Below are positions 45,265 through 54,084 of a DNA stretch of 64,000 nt, one piece after another. The number at the start of each line of letters is the position of its first letter. Position 1 is the stretch's first letter. The stretch spans positions 1,200 to 65,199 of the forward strand of contig JAFWFL010000080.1 in assembly GCA_017515595.1 (NCBI GenBank). The letters are read 5' to 3'. The position numbers and the translations under genes were made by a program. Under the pieces are notes generated by a model, which was not told where the DNA came from, did not search any database, and was given only the letters and a program-made list of their open reading frames with translations. Origin of the DNA: Coriobacteriales bacterium (GTDB lineage: Bacteria > Actinomycetota > Coriobacteriia > Coriobacteriales > UMGS124).

Positions 45265-47763
45265 TTAGATCGCTTCTACCCATCCGCCATCAGCTATCAT
45301 GGCAGGAGCTACTGCACGGGCAATCATGTTCATGTACTCAGCAGGACCGTCGGGCTGCTTCAGGTGCTCATGGTCATCCCAGAGGAGTTCATCTACCCTG
45401 CCACTCACAACTGCAGGCCAGTCTATGTAATAAACGTTGTCATAGATACTCGCACAGCCCTGAAGGTTCAAATTCGCGGCTTCCATAAAACCATCTTCGT
45501 GGAAAGTACCCACCAAGAAGAGCTGGCGGCCTTCCAAGAGCTCAACAATTGCATCCATGGTCTCCGGCTGAGGAGTTGTATTGTTAAAGCAGGCCATGAT
45601 AATGATGTTGCCTACTCCACCCTGCTCAAGATAGCCACGCAAAACCTCGAGACCCTGCTCGGGACGACGTCCTATGTAGCAGTCATGAAGACCGTCGGGG
45701 AAGCTCGAGTAAAAGTCTTCTTCTGCATCACCCGGAACCGAGTCACCAATAAGGATGGGGTTCAAAACACCCCAATTGAGGTTATCTTCAGACTCGTGGA
45801 CAATGAGAGCTCCCTCAGGAATAGTTGCCTCAGCAGCCACAGGCTGAGATGCTTCTGCCGGAGGCTCGGTTGTAGCCGTTGCCTCGGTCCCGTCTGCCGT
45901 CTGCTGCGTAACTGCTTCGCCGGTATTCTCGGCAAGCTGAGCCTGGTTTGCACGCTCCTCGCGCTTCTCGGCCAGATCCATAGCTTTATCTGCGCCAACG
46001 CCGGTGCTTACAATGGCGTCTTTGGGAACAAGCGTTGTCTCGGGAACGGCAAAGCAGCCAATCACGGCGCCTAACAGGGCAAGCGTGCCTACTCCGGCCG
46101 GAATAAGGGCGGCAAGCTGGGATCTGTCTGCAAAATCAATGCCGCGCTCTTTAATTGAATCAATAACCTCCGTAAGCTTACCCTGAGCAAGCGGCTGCTC
46201 AAAGAAGCGGAAGGTGACCTCGGCCAAGCCAAGCGAAATCGCTACGGCGAGGAGCTGTATCCACCAGGCAGACGTGGGATTCCCTGCACCAAGCAGCTGA
46301 ATAATGGGATAATGCCACAGGTAAAGGGCAAATGAGCGTGAACCGAGCCACACCATGGGCAAAACGCTAAAAACTTTCGCAAGCCAGCTGCCGGGCATCA
46401 TGAGGCAGCACAAAAGCACTATGGTGAGCAGGCTCACAAATACCATACCACCATAATAGAAGAACGTAGCGTTGGCAGGAACAAAGAACATGATAACCAA
46501 TAGCACTACGAGCGCAACAACGCCGGCTACATTGGCTGCGAGCGTGGGTACAAGCTCAACTTCTGCCGCATTCTCATCGCGGCCAAAGTGCGAACCTTCA
46601 TCTGTCTGTGATTGTGCAGACCTGTGACGCTGGACAAGAAACAGAATGTCCTCTCCAAAATCAGGAATTGAACCGAGCGGCCATAGGCAAGCCAGGCAAG
46701 CGCCAAGAGCTACCGAGAAGAGACGCGTATCTGTTCCGTAATACACACGGCTTGGATCAGCATTGGGATCAAAAAGTACCGCCATCAATATGGCTGAGAT
46801 AACCGCAAGCACCAGGAACACTATACTCATATGCCTGCGGCTCAACTTTGCCACACGCATACCTGCGAGCACAATAAGCGGCAAAACAATGCATACCTGC
46901 GCATCAAGTGCGACATACCACAAGTGGGTAAGCGGAGAAGGCCCGCCAATTGCATCAAAATACGAAGCGCCGCTTGCAATGTAAGACCAGTTTAAGAAGA
47001 ACAAAAGCGAAGGGGCAATGTCGGGACGCATCTTGGTAAGAAGCACGTGGTTAAAGATGATGCAAAGCACTGCTACCACAAGCACCACAAGAGCCATCGC
47101 GGGCCATATGCGCTTAAAACGCTTGATCCAAAAGTCCTTGAGGCTAATCGAATCAAAACGCTCAAACTCACGCATCAGGCTGCATGTTACAAGGTACCCC
47201 GTAAGCACCAGGAACATAACAACACCCATGTGTCCGCTTGGGAACCAGGTAAGACCCAGGTGATATAACACAACCGATACAATTGCAAGCGCGCGCAGGC
47301 CTTCTATGGAATCAATGCGATTGCCAAAACGCGGCGCACGCTTTTTAACAGCCTGCTCATACGCAGACGGCGGTTCACTATAGTCTTCCTCTGCCTGAGG
47401 TTCTTGCTGGCCATACGTTACATAGGCATAATCATCCTGGTCAGGCTGCATTTGCGAGGTACGTCTCGCATAGCCATACTCATCTTGTGTCTGCTGCGGC
47501 TGCTGAGTACGTCTTACGTAGGTGTAATCATCCTGAACCTGCTGCGGTTGCTGGGTACGCCAGGCATAGGTATAATCATTCTGCTCAGTGCGCTGTGCAG
47601 CGCTCTTTTGTTCATAAGATGAATAAGCTTTTTGCTGCTCATAAGAGCGGGCTTGCCTTGACGTTCTCTCATATGCGCTATACGGAGAATCTGACCCTGC
47701 TTCAGTCTCCCTGCGATAGTTTGAGCTGTAAGAATCATAGTCATAGTGCTTTGTGTTATCCAT
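45265..47763 (-). CDS. Acyltransferase-3 (OafA/YrhL-type) membrane O-acyltransferase with a C-terminal SGNH-like domain and an N-terminal Gln/Tyr-rich repeat region
   Basis: AT3 signature IDSIEGLRALAIVSVVLYHL plus about 10 TM. The C-terminal extracytoplasmic domain has LIGDSVPG (a GDS-type block). The start is set at ATG 47763, after AAGAGG. The track start at 47847 is a TTG. Confidence 0.82.
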   Translation of the reverse strand: MDNTKHYDYDSYSSNYRRETEAGSDSPYSAYERTSRQARSYEQQKAYSSYEQKSAAQRTEQNDYTYAWRTQQPQQVQDDYTYVRRTQQPQQTQDEYGYARRTSQMQPDQDDYAYVTYGQQEPQAEEDYSEPPSAYEQAVKKRAPRFGNRIDSIEGLRALAIVSVVLYHLGLTWFPSGHMGVVMFLVLTGYLVTCSLMREFERFDSISLKDFWIKRFKRIWPAMALVVLVVAVLCIIFNHVLLTKMRPDIAPSLLFFLNWSYIASGASYFDAIGGPSPLTHLWYVALDAQVCIVLPLIVLAGMRVAKLSRRHMSIVFLVLAVISAILMAVLFDPNADPSRVYYGTDTRLFSVALGACLACLWPLGSIPDFGEDILFLVQRHRSAQSQTDEGSHFGRDENAAEVELVPTLAANVAGVVALVVLLVIMFFVPANATFFYYGGMVFVSLLTIVLLCCLMMPGSWLAKVFSVLPMVWLGSRSFALYLWHYPIIQLLGAGNPTSAWWIQLLAVAISLGLAEVTFRFFEQPLAQGKLTEVIDSIKERGIDFADRSQLAALIPAGVGTLALLGAVIGCFAVPETTLVPKDAIVSTGVGADKAMDLAEKREERANQAQLAENTGEAVTQQTADGTEATATTEPPAEASQPVAAEATIPEGALIVHESEDNLNWGVLNPILIGDSVPGDAEEDFYSSFPDGLHDCYIGRRPEQGLEVLRGYLEQGGVGNIIIMACFNNTTPQPETMDAIVELLEGRQLFLVGTFHEDGFMEAANLNLQGCASIYDNVYYIDWPAVVSGRVDELLWDDHEHLKQPDGPAEYMNMIARAVAPAMIADGGWVEAI
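47380..47580 (-). repeat. Coding tandem repeat, 48-nt (16-aa) period, about 4 units
   Basis: D-[DE]-Y-x-Y-x-x-R-T-x-Q-x-Q-x recurs at exactly 16-aa spacing: (N)DYTYAWRTQQPQQVQ / DDYTYVRRTQQPQQTQ / DEYGYARRTSQMQPDQ / DDYAYVTYGQQEPQAE / EDY. It is visible at DNA level, e.g. ctgctgcggctgctgagtacg.. vs ctgctgcggttgctgggtacg.. Confidence 0.85.
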
Positions 47764-47990
47764 ACCACAAACCTCTTTACCAACATGTTTGCCAACACAA
47801 AAATGACAGGATTCATAATAGCAGGAATTGCACAAAAAACATACCAAGCTTTAATTTCTCACGCAAATGGTACGTACTCCTTGCTCATGGGCGCTTTATG
47901 TACGTCATGAACAGCTTTGGACAGCCTAAAAAAGGCGCGCAGAAAGTTCGTGTTCTTACGGGAGTTTCTCATAATGTTCGTATTTTGCGC

Positions 47991-48020
47991 TTGACATGCG
48001 AGTAGAATGATTTCTTTAAT
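47991..48020 (+). promoter_or_regulatory. Candidate promoter for queA (TTGACA-N18-TTTAAT)
   Basis: TTGACA at 47991-47996 and TTTAAT at 48015-48020, 25 nt upstream of the queA ATG. Confidence 0.3.
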
Positions 48021-48044
48021 GTTTGTTGAGCTCCGGAGTGTGTC

Positions 48045-49142
48045 ATGCGTACTGATGATTTTGATTACAATTTACCACGGGAACTAATTGCCCAGGCACC
48101 TGCCGAGCCTCGGGATTCCTGCAGGCTTTTGGTGCTCCATCGTGATGACGGCTCTTTGGAGTTCAAAGTTTTTAGCGATATCCTTGATTACCTTAATGAG
48201 GGCGACCTTTTGGTTGCAAATGAAACCCGCGTTATGCCGGCGCGCCTTTTGGGACATAAAGTTCAGACCGGCGGAGCGGCTGAAGTATTTTTAACACGCA
48301 GACGAGAAGATCTCGAACCCCACGGGAGCATTTGGGAATGCCTGGTAAAACCCGGCAAGCGTCTTGCTCCGGGAGCGGTTGTTGAGTTTTGCGACGGAAG
48401 TCTGCCTGAGGATTCTCCCCGAGAAGTCGTACTGCAGGCATATATTGGCGAGCGTCTGCCGCAGCAGGGCCTGCGCCTCGTAACCTTTGAACCTTGTGGC
48501 GGGCTTTCACTCGGAGAAGCCATGCACTTGGCAGGCCGCGTGCCTCTGCCTCCCTATATTACGCAGTATCACGGCGATCCCGAGAAATACCAGACGGTGT
48601 ATGCACGCCAGGAGGAGCACTCGGCCGCAGCACCTACGGCGGGTCTCCACTTTACCCCTGAGCTTATTCAAAAAGCCAAGGACAAAGGCATTGGCTGGGA
48701 AACTGTTGAGCTTGAGGTTGGTATTGATACCTTTAGGCTCGTAGAAGAAGATGACCCGCTTGAGCACAAAATGCATACTGAGGTATACCGCGTGCCACAG
48801 CGTGTTGTTGACGCAATTCATGCAACTCATGCGGCCGGCAAGCGCGTTATAGCTGTGGGAACAACCTCGGTTCGCTCGCTTGAAAGCGCCTGGGACCCAA
48901 ATGCCGGAGAGAACGGCGATATTGTTGAGCGCATTAATGCCTCTACCTCGCTTTTCTTGCTGCCCGGCAGTGAGTTTCATGTTGTTGACGCCATGATTAC
49001 CAACTTCCATGTCCCACGTTCAACACTCATGATGCTTGTAAGCGCGTTTGCCTCGGTTGACCAGATTATGAATGCATACCAGGCTGCCATTGACAGGCGA
49101 TTTAGAATGCTCTCGTTTGGCGATGCGATGCTCATTGTGTAG
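48045..49142 (+). CDS. queA: S-adenosylmethionine:tRNA ribosyltransferase-isomerase
   Basis: 365 aa. MRTDDFDYNLPRELIAQAPAEPRDSCRLLVL and ..GTTSVRSLES.. are canonical QueA. Confidence 0.94.
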   Translation: MRTDDFDYNLPRELIAQAPAEPRDSCRLLVLHRDDGSLEFKVFSDILDYLNEGDLLVANETRVMPARLLGHKVQTGGAAEVFLTRRREDLEPHGSIWECLVKPGKRLAPGAVVEFCDGSLPEDSPREVVLQAYIGERLPQQGLRLVTFEPCGGLSLGEAMHLAGRVPLPPYITQYHGDPEKYQTVYARQEEHSAAAPTAGLHFTPELIQKAKDKGIGWETVELEVGIDTFRLVEEDDPLEHKMHTEVYRVPQRVVDAIHATHAAGKRVIAVGTTSVRSLESAWDPNAGENGDIVERINASTSLFLLPGSEFHVVDAMITNFHVPRSTLMMLVSAFASVDQIMNAYQAAIDRRFRMLSFGDAMLIV

Positions 49143-49215
49143 AAATACTTTACATTGCAGCGTTACGAGAGCAACAACCGGTCTTTATTCAATAACCTTT
49201 TAGAAAGGCTTTATC

Positions 49216-50223
49216 ATGATAGCTGTCATTAAACAGAGCGCAACCCAACACCAGCTTGAAAACCTTGTAGCCTGGCTCGAGAGCAAAGGTCTTGAGGTTA
49301 ACGTTTCTGAAGGCAAAGAAGCAACCATTGTTGGTTTGATTGGCGATACCTCAAAAGTTGATATGATGCTCCTTGAGTCAATGGACATCATTGAGCAGGT
49401 AACGCGCGTGACTGACCCGTTCAAAGCTGCTAACCGCAAATTTCACCCCGAAAACTCCGTTATCCAAATCACACCTGAAATCGCAATTGGCGGCGGACAT
49501 TTTCAGGTGATGGCCGGCCCCTGCTCGGTTGAGGGAGAAAATCTCATTTCCATCGCCCGGGCTGTTAAAGCAGCCGGCGCAACTATGCTGAGAGGTGGCG
49601 CGTTTAAGCCCCGTACCAGCCCGTATGCAAACCAAGGCATGGGCAAAGAAGGTCTGGAACTCCTTTGCGCAGCCCGTGCCGAGACGGGCATGCCCATTGT
49701 GACCGAAATTATGGATCCGCGCGACGTAGACCTCTTTATTGATATGGACATTGATGTACTCCAGGTAGGCGCGCGGAATTCTCAGAACTTTAACCTGCTC
49801 AAGGAAGTTGGCCGCGCAGGCAAGCCGGTGCTTCTCAAGCGCGGCATGGCAGGCACCATTGATGAGCTCCTTATGAGCGCCGAGTACATTATGAGCGAAG
49901 GTAACCCCAACGTTATTCTCTGTGAGCGCGGTATCAGGACATACGAGAAGCGCACACGCAACACCTTTGACCTGAACGCGGTACCGGTACTGCATTATTT
50001 AACGCATCTCCCTGTAGTCGCTGATCCAAGCCATGCAACCGGCTACACCCGTTATGTCGCGCCCATGGCCCTTGCCGCAACGGCAGCCGGAGCTGACGGA
50101 CTTGAGATTGAAGTCCATGATAACCCGCAATGTGCCTGGTCAGACGGACCACAAGCACTTTTGCCCACGCAGTTTGCCGAGCTTATGCCCAAGATCAACG
50201 CGATACGGGAGGTAGTCGCATGA
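49216..50223 (+). CDS. aroF: 3-deoxy-7-phosphoheptulonate (DAHP) synthase, type I-beta, with an N-terminal ferredoxin-like regulatory domain
   Basis: 335 aa. The N-terminal ~65-aa small domain is followed by a KDO8PS-like barrel (..GPCSVE.., ..MLRGGAFKPRTSPY.., ..LKRG.., ..DPSHATG..). Confidence 0.9.
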   Translation: MIAVIKQSATQHQLENLVAWLESKGLEVNVSEGKEATIVGLIGDTSKVDMMLLESMDIIEQVTRVTDPFKAANRKFHPENSVIQITPEIAIGGGHFQVMAGPCSVEGENLISIARAVKAAGATMLRGGAFKPRTSPYANQGMGKEGLELLCAARAETGMPIVTEIMDPRDVDLFIDMDIDVLQVGARNSQNFNLLKEVGRAGKPVLLKRGMAGTIDELLMSAEYIMSEGNPNVILCERGIRTYEKRTRNTFDLNAVPVLHYLTHLPVVADPSHATGYTRYVAPMALAATAAGADGLEIEVHDNPQCAWSDGPQALLPTQFAELMPKINAIREVVA

Positions 50224-51332
50224 CACTGACCCCGCCTCTCACTGAGTATGCAACCGTGCGTGTTGAGGCGTCCGGATCATATGATATTGTCATTGGGAAA
50301 AACCTTTTAGCCGGTTGTGCAAAGCGCATTTGCGATGCGGTTCCCGGCAATGATAAAAAGGTTCTCGTGATTTCTGACACCAATGTGTTTGCATGCTACG
50401 GTAACACCGTTCTTACGAGTCTTGCATCGTTTGGTTTTGAAGCTCATTCGTTTGTTTTTGAAGCAGGCGAGCACAGCAAAAACCTCGAGACCTATGCCCA
50501 GGCTCTGAGTGCCGCAGCTACAAGCCGGCTCACACGGTCAAGCATTATTGTTGCCTTGGGTGGAGGGGTATGCGGCGACCTTGCCGGCTTTGTTGCAGCT
50601 ACCTATATGCGCGGCTGTGCGTTTATTCAGATACCTACCTCGCTTTTGGCAATGGTAGATTCAAGCGTTGGTGGCAAAACCGCCGTTGACCTGCCCGAGG
50701 GTAAGAATCTTGTAGGTGCCTTCTGGCAGCCTAAGCTTGTGATTTGTGACGTTACCTGCTTGCACACGCTCCCCGAGTATTACATGACTGATGGAATGGG
50801 AGAAGTTCTCAAATATGCCGTTATGCAGGATGCACACCTGTTTGACCTGCTTAACAATCCCGCGAGCGTAAAGCGCGAAGAGCTCATACGCTGCTGCATT
50901 GAGATCAAACGTGACATTGTTGAGGCAGATGAGCGCGAGCATGGCCAGCGGAAGCTCCTTAATTTGGGACACACCATGGGCCATGCGATTGAGCGTATGA
51001 GCAGCTATAGCATATCTCATGGCCGGGCGGTTGCCGCAGGTATGTGCATCATGGCCCGCGCATGCGCTGAAGCCGGAATATGCCCTGCTCAAGACGCCTT
51101 GCGTATTGTAGAGCTGGTTAAATCCTACGGTCTGCCCACGCAGACCGAGTTCGAACTCAATGACCTTATGAATGCTGTCACACTCGACAAAAAACGGAGC
51201 GGTACCTGCGTTGACGCAATCACTATTGAGGGCATTGGCTCTGCAGCCATTAAACGGATAACGCTCGATGAATTTGCAACATTTATTGCACCCGGCCTTA
51301 CTAAAACACCGGGTGATGTCATATGCCGGTAA
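50220..51332 (+). CDS. aroB: 3-dehydroquinate synthase
   Basis: The start ATG 50220 overlaps the aroF stop (ATGA). Motifs GGGVCGDLAGFVAATYMRG, VDSSVGGKTAVD and NLGHTMGHAIE. The track ORF from 50130 is an out-of-context extension. Confidence 0.92.
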   Translation: MTLTPPLTEYATVRVEASGSYDIVIGKNLLAGCAKRICDAVPGNDKKVLVISDTNVFACYGNTVLTSLASFGFEAHSFVFEAGEHSKNLETYAQALSAAATSRLTRSSIIVALGGGVCGDLAGFVAATYMRGCAFIQIPTSLLAMVDSSVGGKTAVDLPEGKNLVGAFWQPKLVICDVTCLHTLPEYYMTDGMGEVLKYAVMQDAHLFDLLNNPASVKREELIRCCIEIKRDIVEADEREHGQRKLLNLGHTMGHAIERMSSYSISHGRAVAAGMCIMARACAEAGICPAQDALRIVELVKSYGLPTQTEFELNDLMNAVTLDKKRSGTCVDAITIEGIGSAAIKRITLDEFATFIAPGLTKTPGDVICR

Positions 51333-52741
51333 ATAATTCGCTGCCACAGGATGCTGTCATAACACCCAGCATGCTAAAGGGTACTCTGCCTGCAATTGCT
51401 TCAAAATCTGCCGCACACCGCATGCTCATCGCCGCAGCCTTGAGCGACCGTGCCACAAATATTACCTGCTCAAGCACTTCAGATGATATCGAGGCAACAA
51501 AAGCGTGTCTTAAAGCTCTGGGTGCCCGCATTACGAATTATGAAGGCGGGTTCACCGTTTCTCCCCTTGACCGGTACGCCTTGAGGCAAGAACCCATGCG
51601 AACATTGCTTTGCGGAGAAAGCGGCTCTACCCTGCGCTTTATGGTTCCTGTTGCCGCAGCTCTTGGCGCAAATGCCCGGTTTAGCGGAGAAGGCCGCTTG
51701 CCTGCGCGTCCCATGTCTCCGTTGCGTGAAGAGCTTATTGCGCACGGATGCGAAGTTTCGCCCCAGGGCATGTGGCCGCTCACGGTAGCAGGGTCTTTGC
51801 AAAGCGGTGTATTTGTGTTGCCGGGCAATGTTTCTTCGCAATTTGTCACCGGTCTTTTGCTCGCGCTGCCCGTTACCGGAGCAGGCGGCGCTGTCCTTAT
51901 TACAGGCACCGTTGAGTCAAAGCCGTATATTGATCTCACCTGTGAAGTGCTCCGCTCGTTTGGCGCTCATGTCACCTGTACCTGGCAGCAGCCCAAAGCT
52001 GAGTTTTGTAAAGACCACCCTGAGTTTGCCGAGAAACTCCTCGGCATTGATGAATGCGAGGTTGTCTCGGCCTTAATGCTTGCACCTGGCACAGTATATA
52101 CTTCTCCCGGAAGCATCAATGTTGAAGGAGACTGGTCTAACAGCGCATTTTGGCTCGCAGCCGGAGCGCTTGGCGAACAGGTGTGCGTAAAGGGCTTGTG
52201 CAGCTCTTCTACACAGGGCGATAAGGTCGTTGTTGATATTCTTCAGCGGTTTGGCGCATCAGTACAGTGTTTGAGTACAGATAGTATGTTTGCTTCTTAC
52301 TGCGCCGGCAATGCAGGTTTACCGCTTAAGGGTATAGAAATTGATGTTCACGATGTGCCTGATCTTGTACCTGTTCTCGCCGTTGTAGCCGCAACCGCAC
52401 AGGGCACTACGGTCTTTAAAAACGCGGCCCGGTTACGCCTCAAAGAGTCTGACCGTATTGCAACTACAACCGAGCTATTGGAGCAACTCGGCGCACGCGT
52501 TGAATCCGGCCCAGATACCCTCAAAGTTTGGGGTACCGGCACTCCCGCTCCGGAGCCGTGCTTTTGCTCCTGTACAGTTGATTCGCACGGGGACCACCGC
52601 CTTGCGATGGCAGCGGCTGTTGCTGCATGCAGGGCAAACGGGCCTGTACATATAAAGCAGGCTCAGGTCGCAGCCAAGTCATATCCAACGTTTTATGATG
52701 ATTACCGGGCGCTGGGCGGGAACGTTATCCTGAACCCGTAG
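51323..52741 (+). CDS. aroA: 3-phosphoshikimate 1-carboxyvinyltransferase (EPSP synthase), atypical active-site motifs
   Basis: 472 aa. EPSPS blocks SSQFVTGLLLALP, SKPYIDLT, LKESDRI and GDHRLAMAAAV. The N-terminal motifs read IASKSAAHR and CGESGSTLRF. It overlaps the aroB end by 10 nt. Confidence 0.9.
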   Translation: MPVNNSLPQDAVITPSMLKGTLPAIASKSAAHRMLIAAALSDRATNITCSSTSDDIEATKACLKALGARITNYEGGFTVSPLDRYALRQEPMRTLLCGESGSTLRFMVPVAAALGANARFSGEGRLPARPMSPLREELIAHGCEVSPQGMWPLTVAGSLQSGVFVLPGNVSSQFVTGLLLALPVTGAGGAVLITGTVESKPYIDLTCEVLRSFGAHVTCTWQQPKAEFCKDHPEFAEKLLGIDECEVVSALMLAPGTVYTSPGSINVEGDWSNSAFWLAAGALGEQVCVKGLCSSSTQGDKVVVDILQRFGASVQCLSTDSMFASYCAGNAGLPLKGIEIDVHDVPDLVPVLAVVAATAQGTTVFKNAARLRLKESDRIATTTELLEQLGARVESGPDTLKVWGTGTPAPEPCFCSCTVDSHGDHRLAMAAAVAACRANGPVHIKQAQVAAKSYPTFYDDYRALGGNVILNP

Positions 52742-52795
52742 CACACTCGCATCAACGCTTTTCAACATATTACTCTTAACAGAAATGAGAAAACT

Positions 52796-53983
52796 ATGAC
52801 ACAGTCACCTTGCCAGGGAACAAACGCCACACCCAATACCGGCGAACTGAGCAGCCTAAGAGTACGTATTGACGAGATCAACAGCCAAATTCTCTCGCTT
52901 TTTGAAGAACGTATGCAGGTAGCCGGCAGCATTGCCGAGGTCAAACGGGCAGAGGGGCGTGTTGTGACTGACCCCGCACGCGAGCGCCAGATTCTTCAGA
53001 ATATTCGCAGCATGGCGCAAAAGGATATGGAAAGCTATGCTACAGTATTGTTCTCGCTGCTCATGGAGCTTTCGAGCGCATACCAGGGACAGCTTTTGCA
53101 TCCAACGTCTCCGCTTAAGGAGCGTATTGATACCGCTCTTTCTGAGACCGAGCTTTTGTTCCCTCCGGCTGCAAGCGTTGCCTGCCAGGGCGTGGAAGGC
53201 GCATATTCCCAGCTCGCGTGCGAGAAATTCTTTAAGCATCCGAGTATCTCGTTCTTCAAAAACTTTGAGGGCGTCTTTAGCGCCGTTGATGCCGGATTCT
53301 GCGAATTTGGCGTCCTACCGCTCGAGAATTCCTCGGCAGGCTCGGTATCGCGCGTTTATGACCTGATGATGAAATATGATTTCCATGTGGTGCGTACCTG
53401 TAGGCTTAAGGTTGACCACAACCTCCTTGCAAAACCGGGCACATCCATAGAAGATATCAAAGAGGTGTTCTCGCACGAGCAGGCTCTGACCCAGTGTGCC
53501 GGATATCTCGAATCTCTCGGCAATATCAAAGTGACAACTGTCTCCAACACCGCAGAAGCCGCGCGTACGGTTGCCCAAAGCGATCGCCGTGACATCGCGG
53601 CGCTCAGCAGCCGTGCCTGCGCCGAGCTGTATGGTCTTGCCACACTTGCGCGCTCGGTCAACGATACTGCGAACAATTACACGCGCTTTGCCTGCATCTC
53701 TAAGGAACTCAAGATCTACCCGGGTGCCGATAGAACATCGCTTATGATGGTTCTCCCTCACGAGCCGGGTTCGCTCTATAAGATTCTCGCCCGCTTTTAC
53801 GCGCTCGATCTCAACCTCACCAAACTCGAAAGCCGCCCCATTCCCAACCGCGACTTTGAGTTCATGTTCTACTTTGATTTTGATACTCCGGTTTACGCAC
53901 CCGAGTTCAGCACCCTTATCTGCGAACTCGGCGACCTTTGTGAAGAGTTTGACTATCTGGGCAGCTACTCAGAAATGGCGTAA
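52796..53983 (+). CDS. pheA: Bifunctional chorismate mutase / prephenate dehydratase (P-protein)
   Basis: 395 aa. N-terminal CM helix bundle (LRVRIDEINSQILSLFEERMQVAGSIAEVK). PDT domain (..LPLENSSAGSV.., ..TRF..). C-terminal ACT domain (ESRP). Confidence 0.92.
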   Translation: MTQSPCQGTNATPNTGELSSLRVRIDEINSQILSLFEERMQVAGSIAEVKRAEGRVVTDPARERQILQNIRSMAQKDMESYATVLFSLLMELSSAYQGQLLHPTSPLKERIDTALSETELLFPPAASVACQGVEGAYSQLACEKFFKHPSISFFKNFEGVFSAVDAGFCEFGVLPLENSSAGSVSRVYDLMMKYDFHVVRTCRLKVDHNLLAKPGTSIEDIKEVFSHEQALTQCAGYLESLGNIKVTTVSNTAEAARTVAQSDRRDIAALSSRACAELYGLATLARSVNDTANNYTRFACISKELKIYPGADRTSLMMVLPHEPGSLYKILARFYALDLNLTKLESRPIPNRDFEFMFYFDFDTPVYAPEFSTLICELGDLCEEFDYLGSYSEMA

Positions 53984-54015
53984 CCTGACAAAAGGTCCGT
54001 CCTTTTGTCAGGTTA
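53981..54015. repeat. Palindromic repeat copy 4 (TAA-CCTGACAAAAGG-TCCGT-CCTTTTGTCAGG-TTA)
   Basis: 15-bp arms. The left arm includes the pheA TAA stop codon (53981-53983). Confidence 0.85.
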
Positions 54016-54023
54016 CGCAAAGT

Positions 54024-54054
54024 GCCCCGGAGGGTTTCTCCGGGGCGCTTTTTG
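54024..54054 (+). terminator. Rho-independent terminator after pheA
   Basis: GCCCCGGAG (54024-54032) pairs with CTCCGGGGC (54038-54046), followed by GCTTTTTGTT. Confidence 0.8.
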
Positions 54055-54084
54055 TTACTTTGGTTTTAACGTGCTAGGCGCAAA

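Noticed and set aside
47764-47847. A Cys-rich 28-aa extension (MVCFLCNSCYYESCHFCVGKHVGKEVCG) at the N-terminus of the acyltransferase, which looks like a small zinc-ribbon.
   Set aside because: It depends on a TTG start with a poor SD, whereas ATG 47763 follows AAGAGG. It is not excluded outright, since the C-x2-C-x2-C-x5-C-x2-C pattern is striking, but I do not annotate it without proteomic or ribosome-profiling support.
50130-50219. A 30-codon extension of aroB overlapping the aroF 3' end.
   Set aside because: The ATGA start/stop overlap at 50220 gives the canonical AroB N-terminus. The extension is read in an alternative frame of aroF coding sequence.
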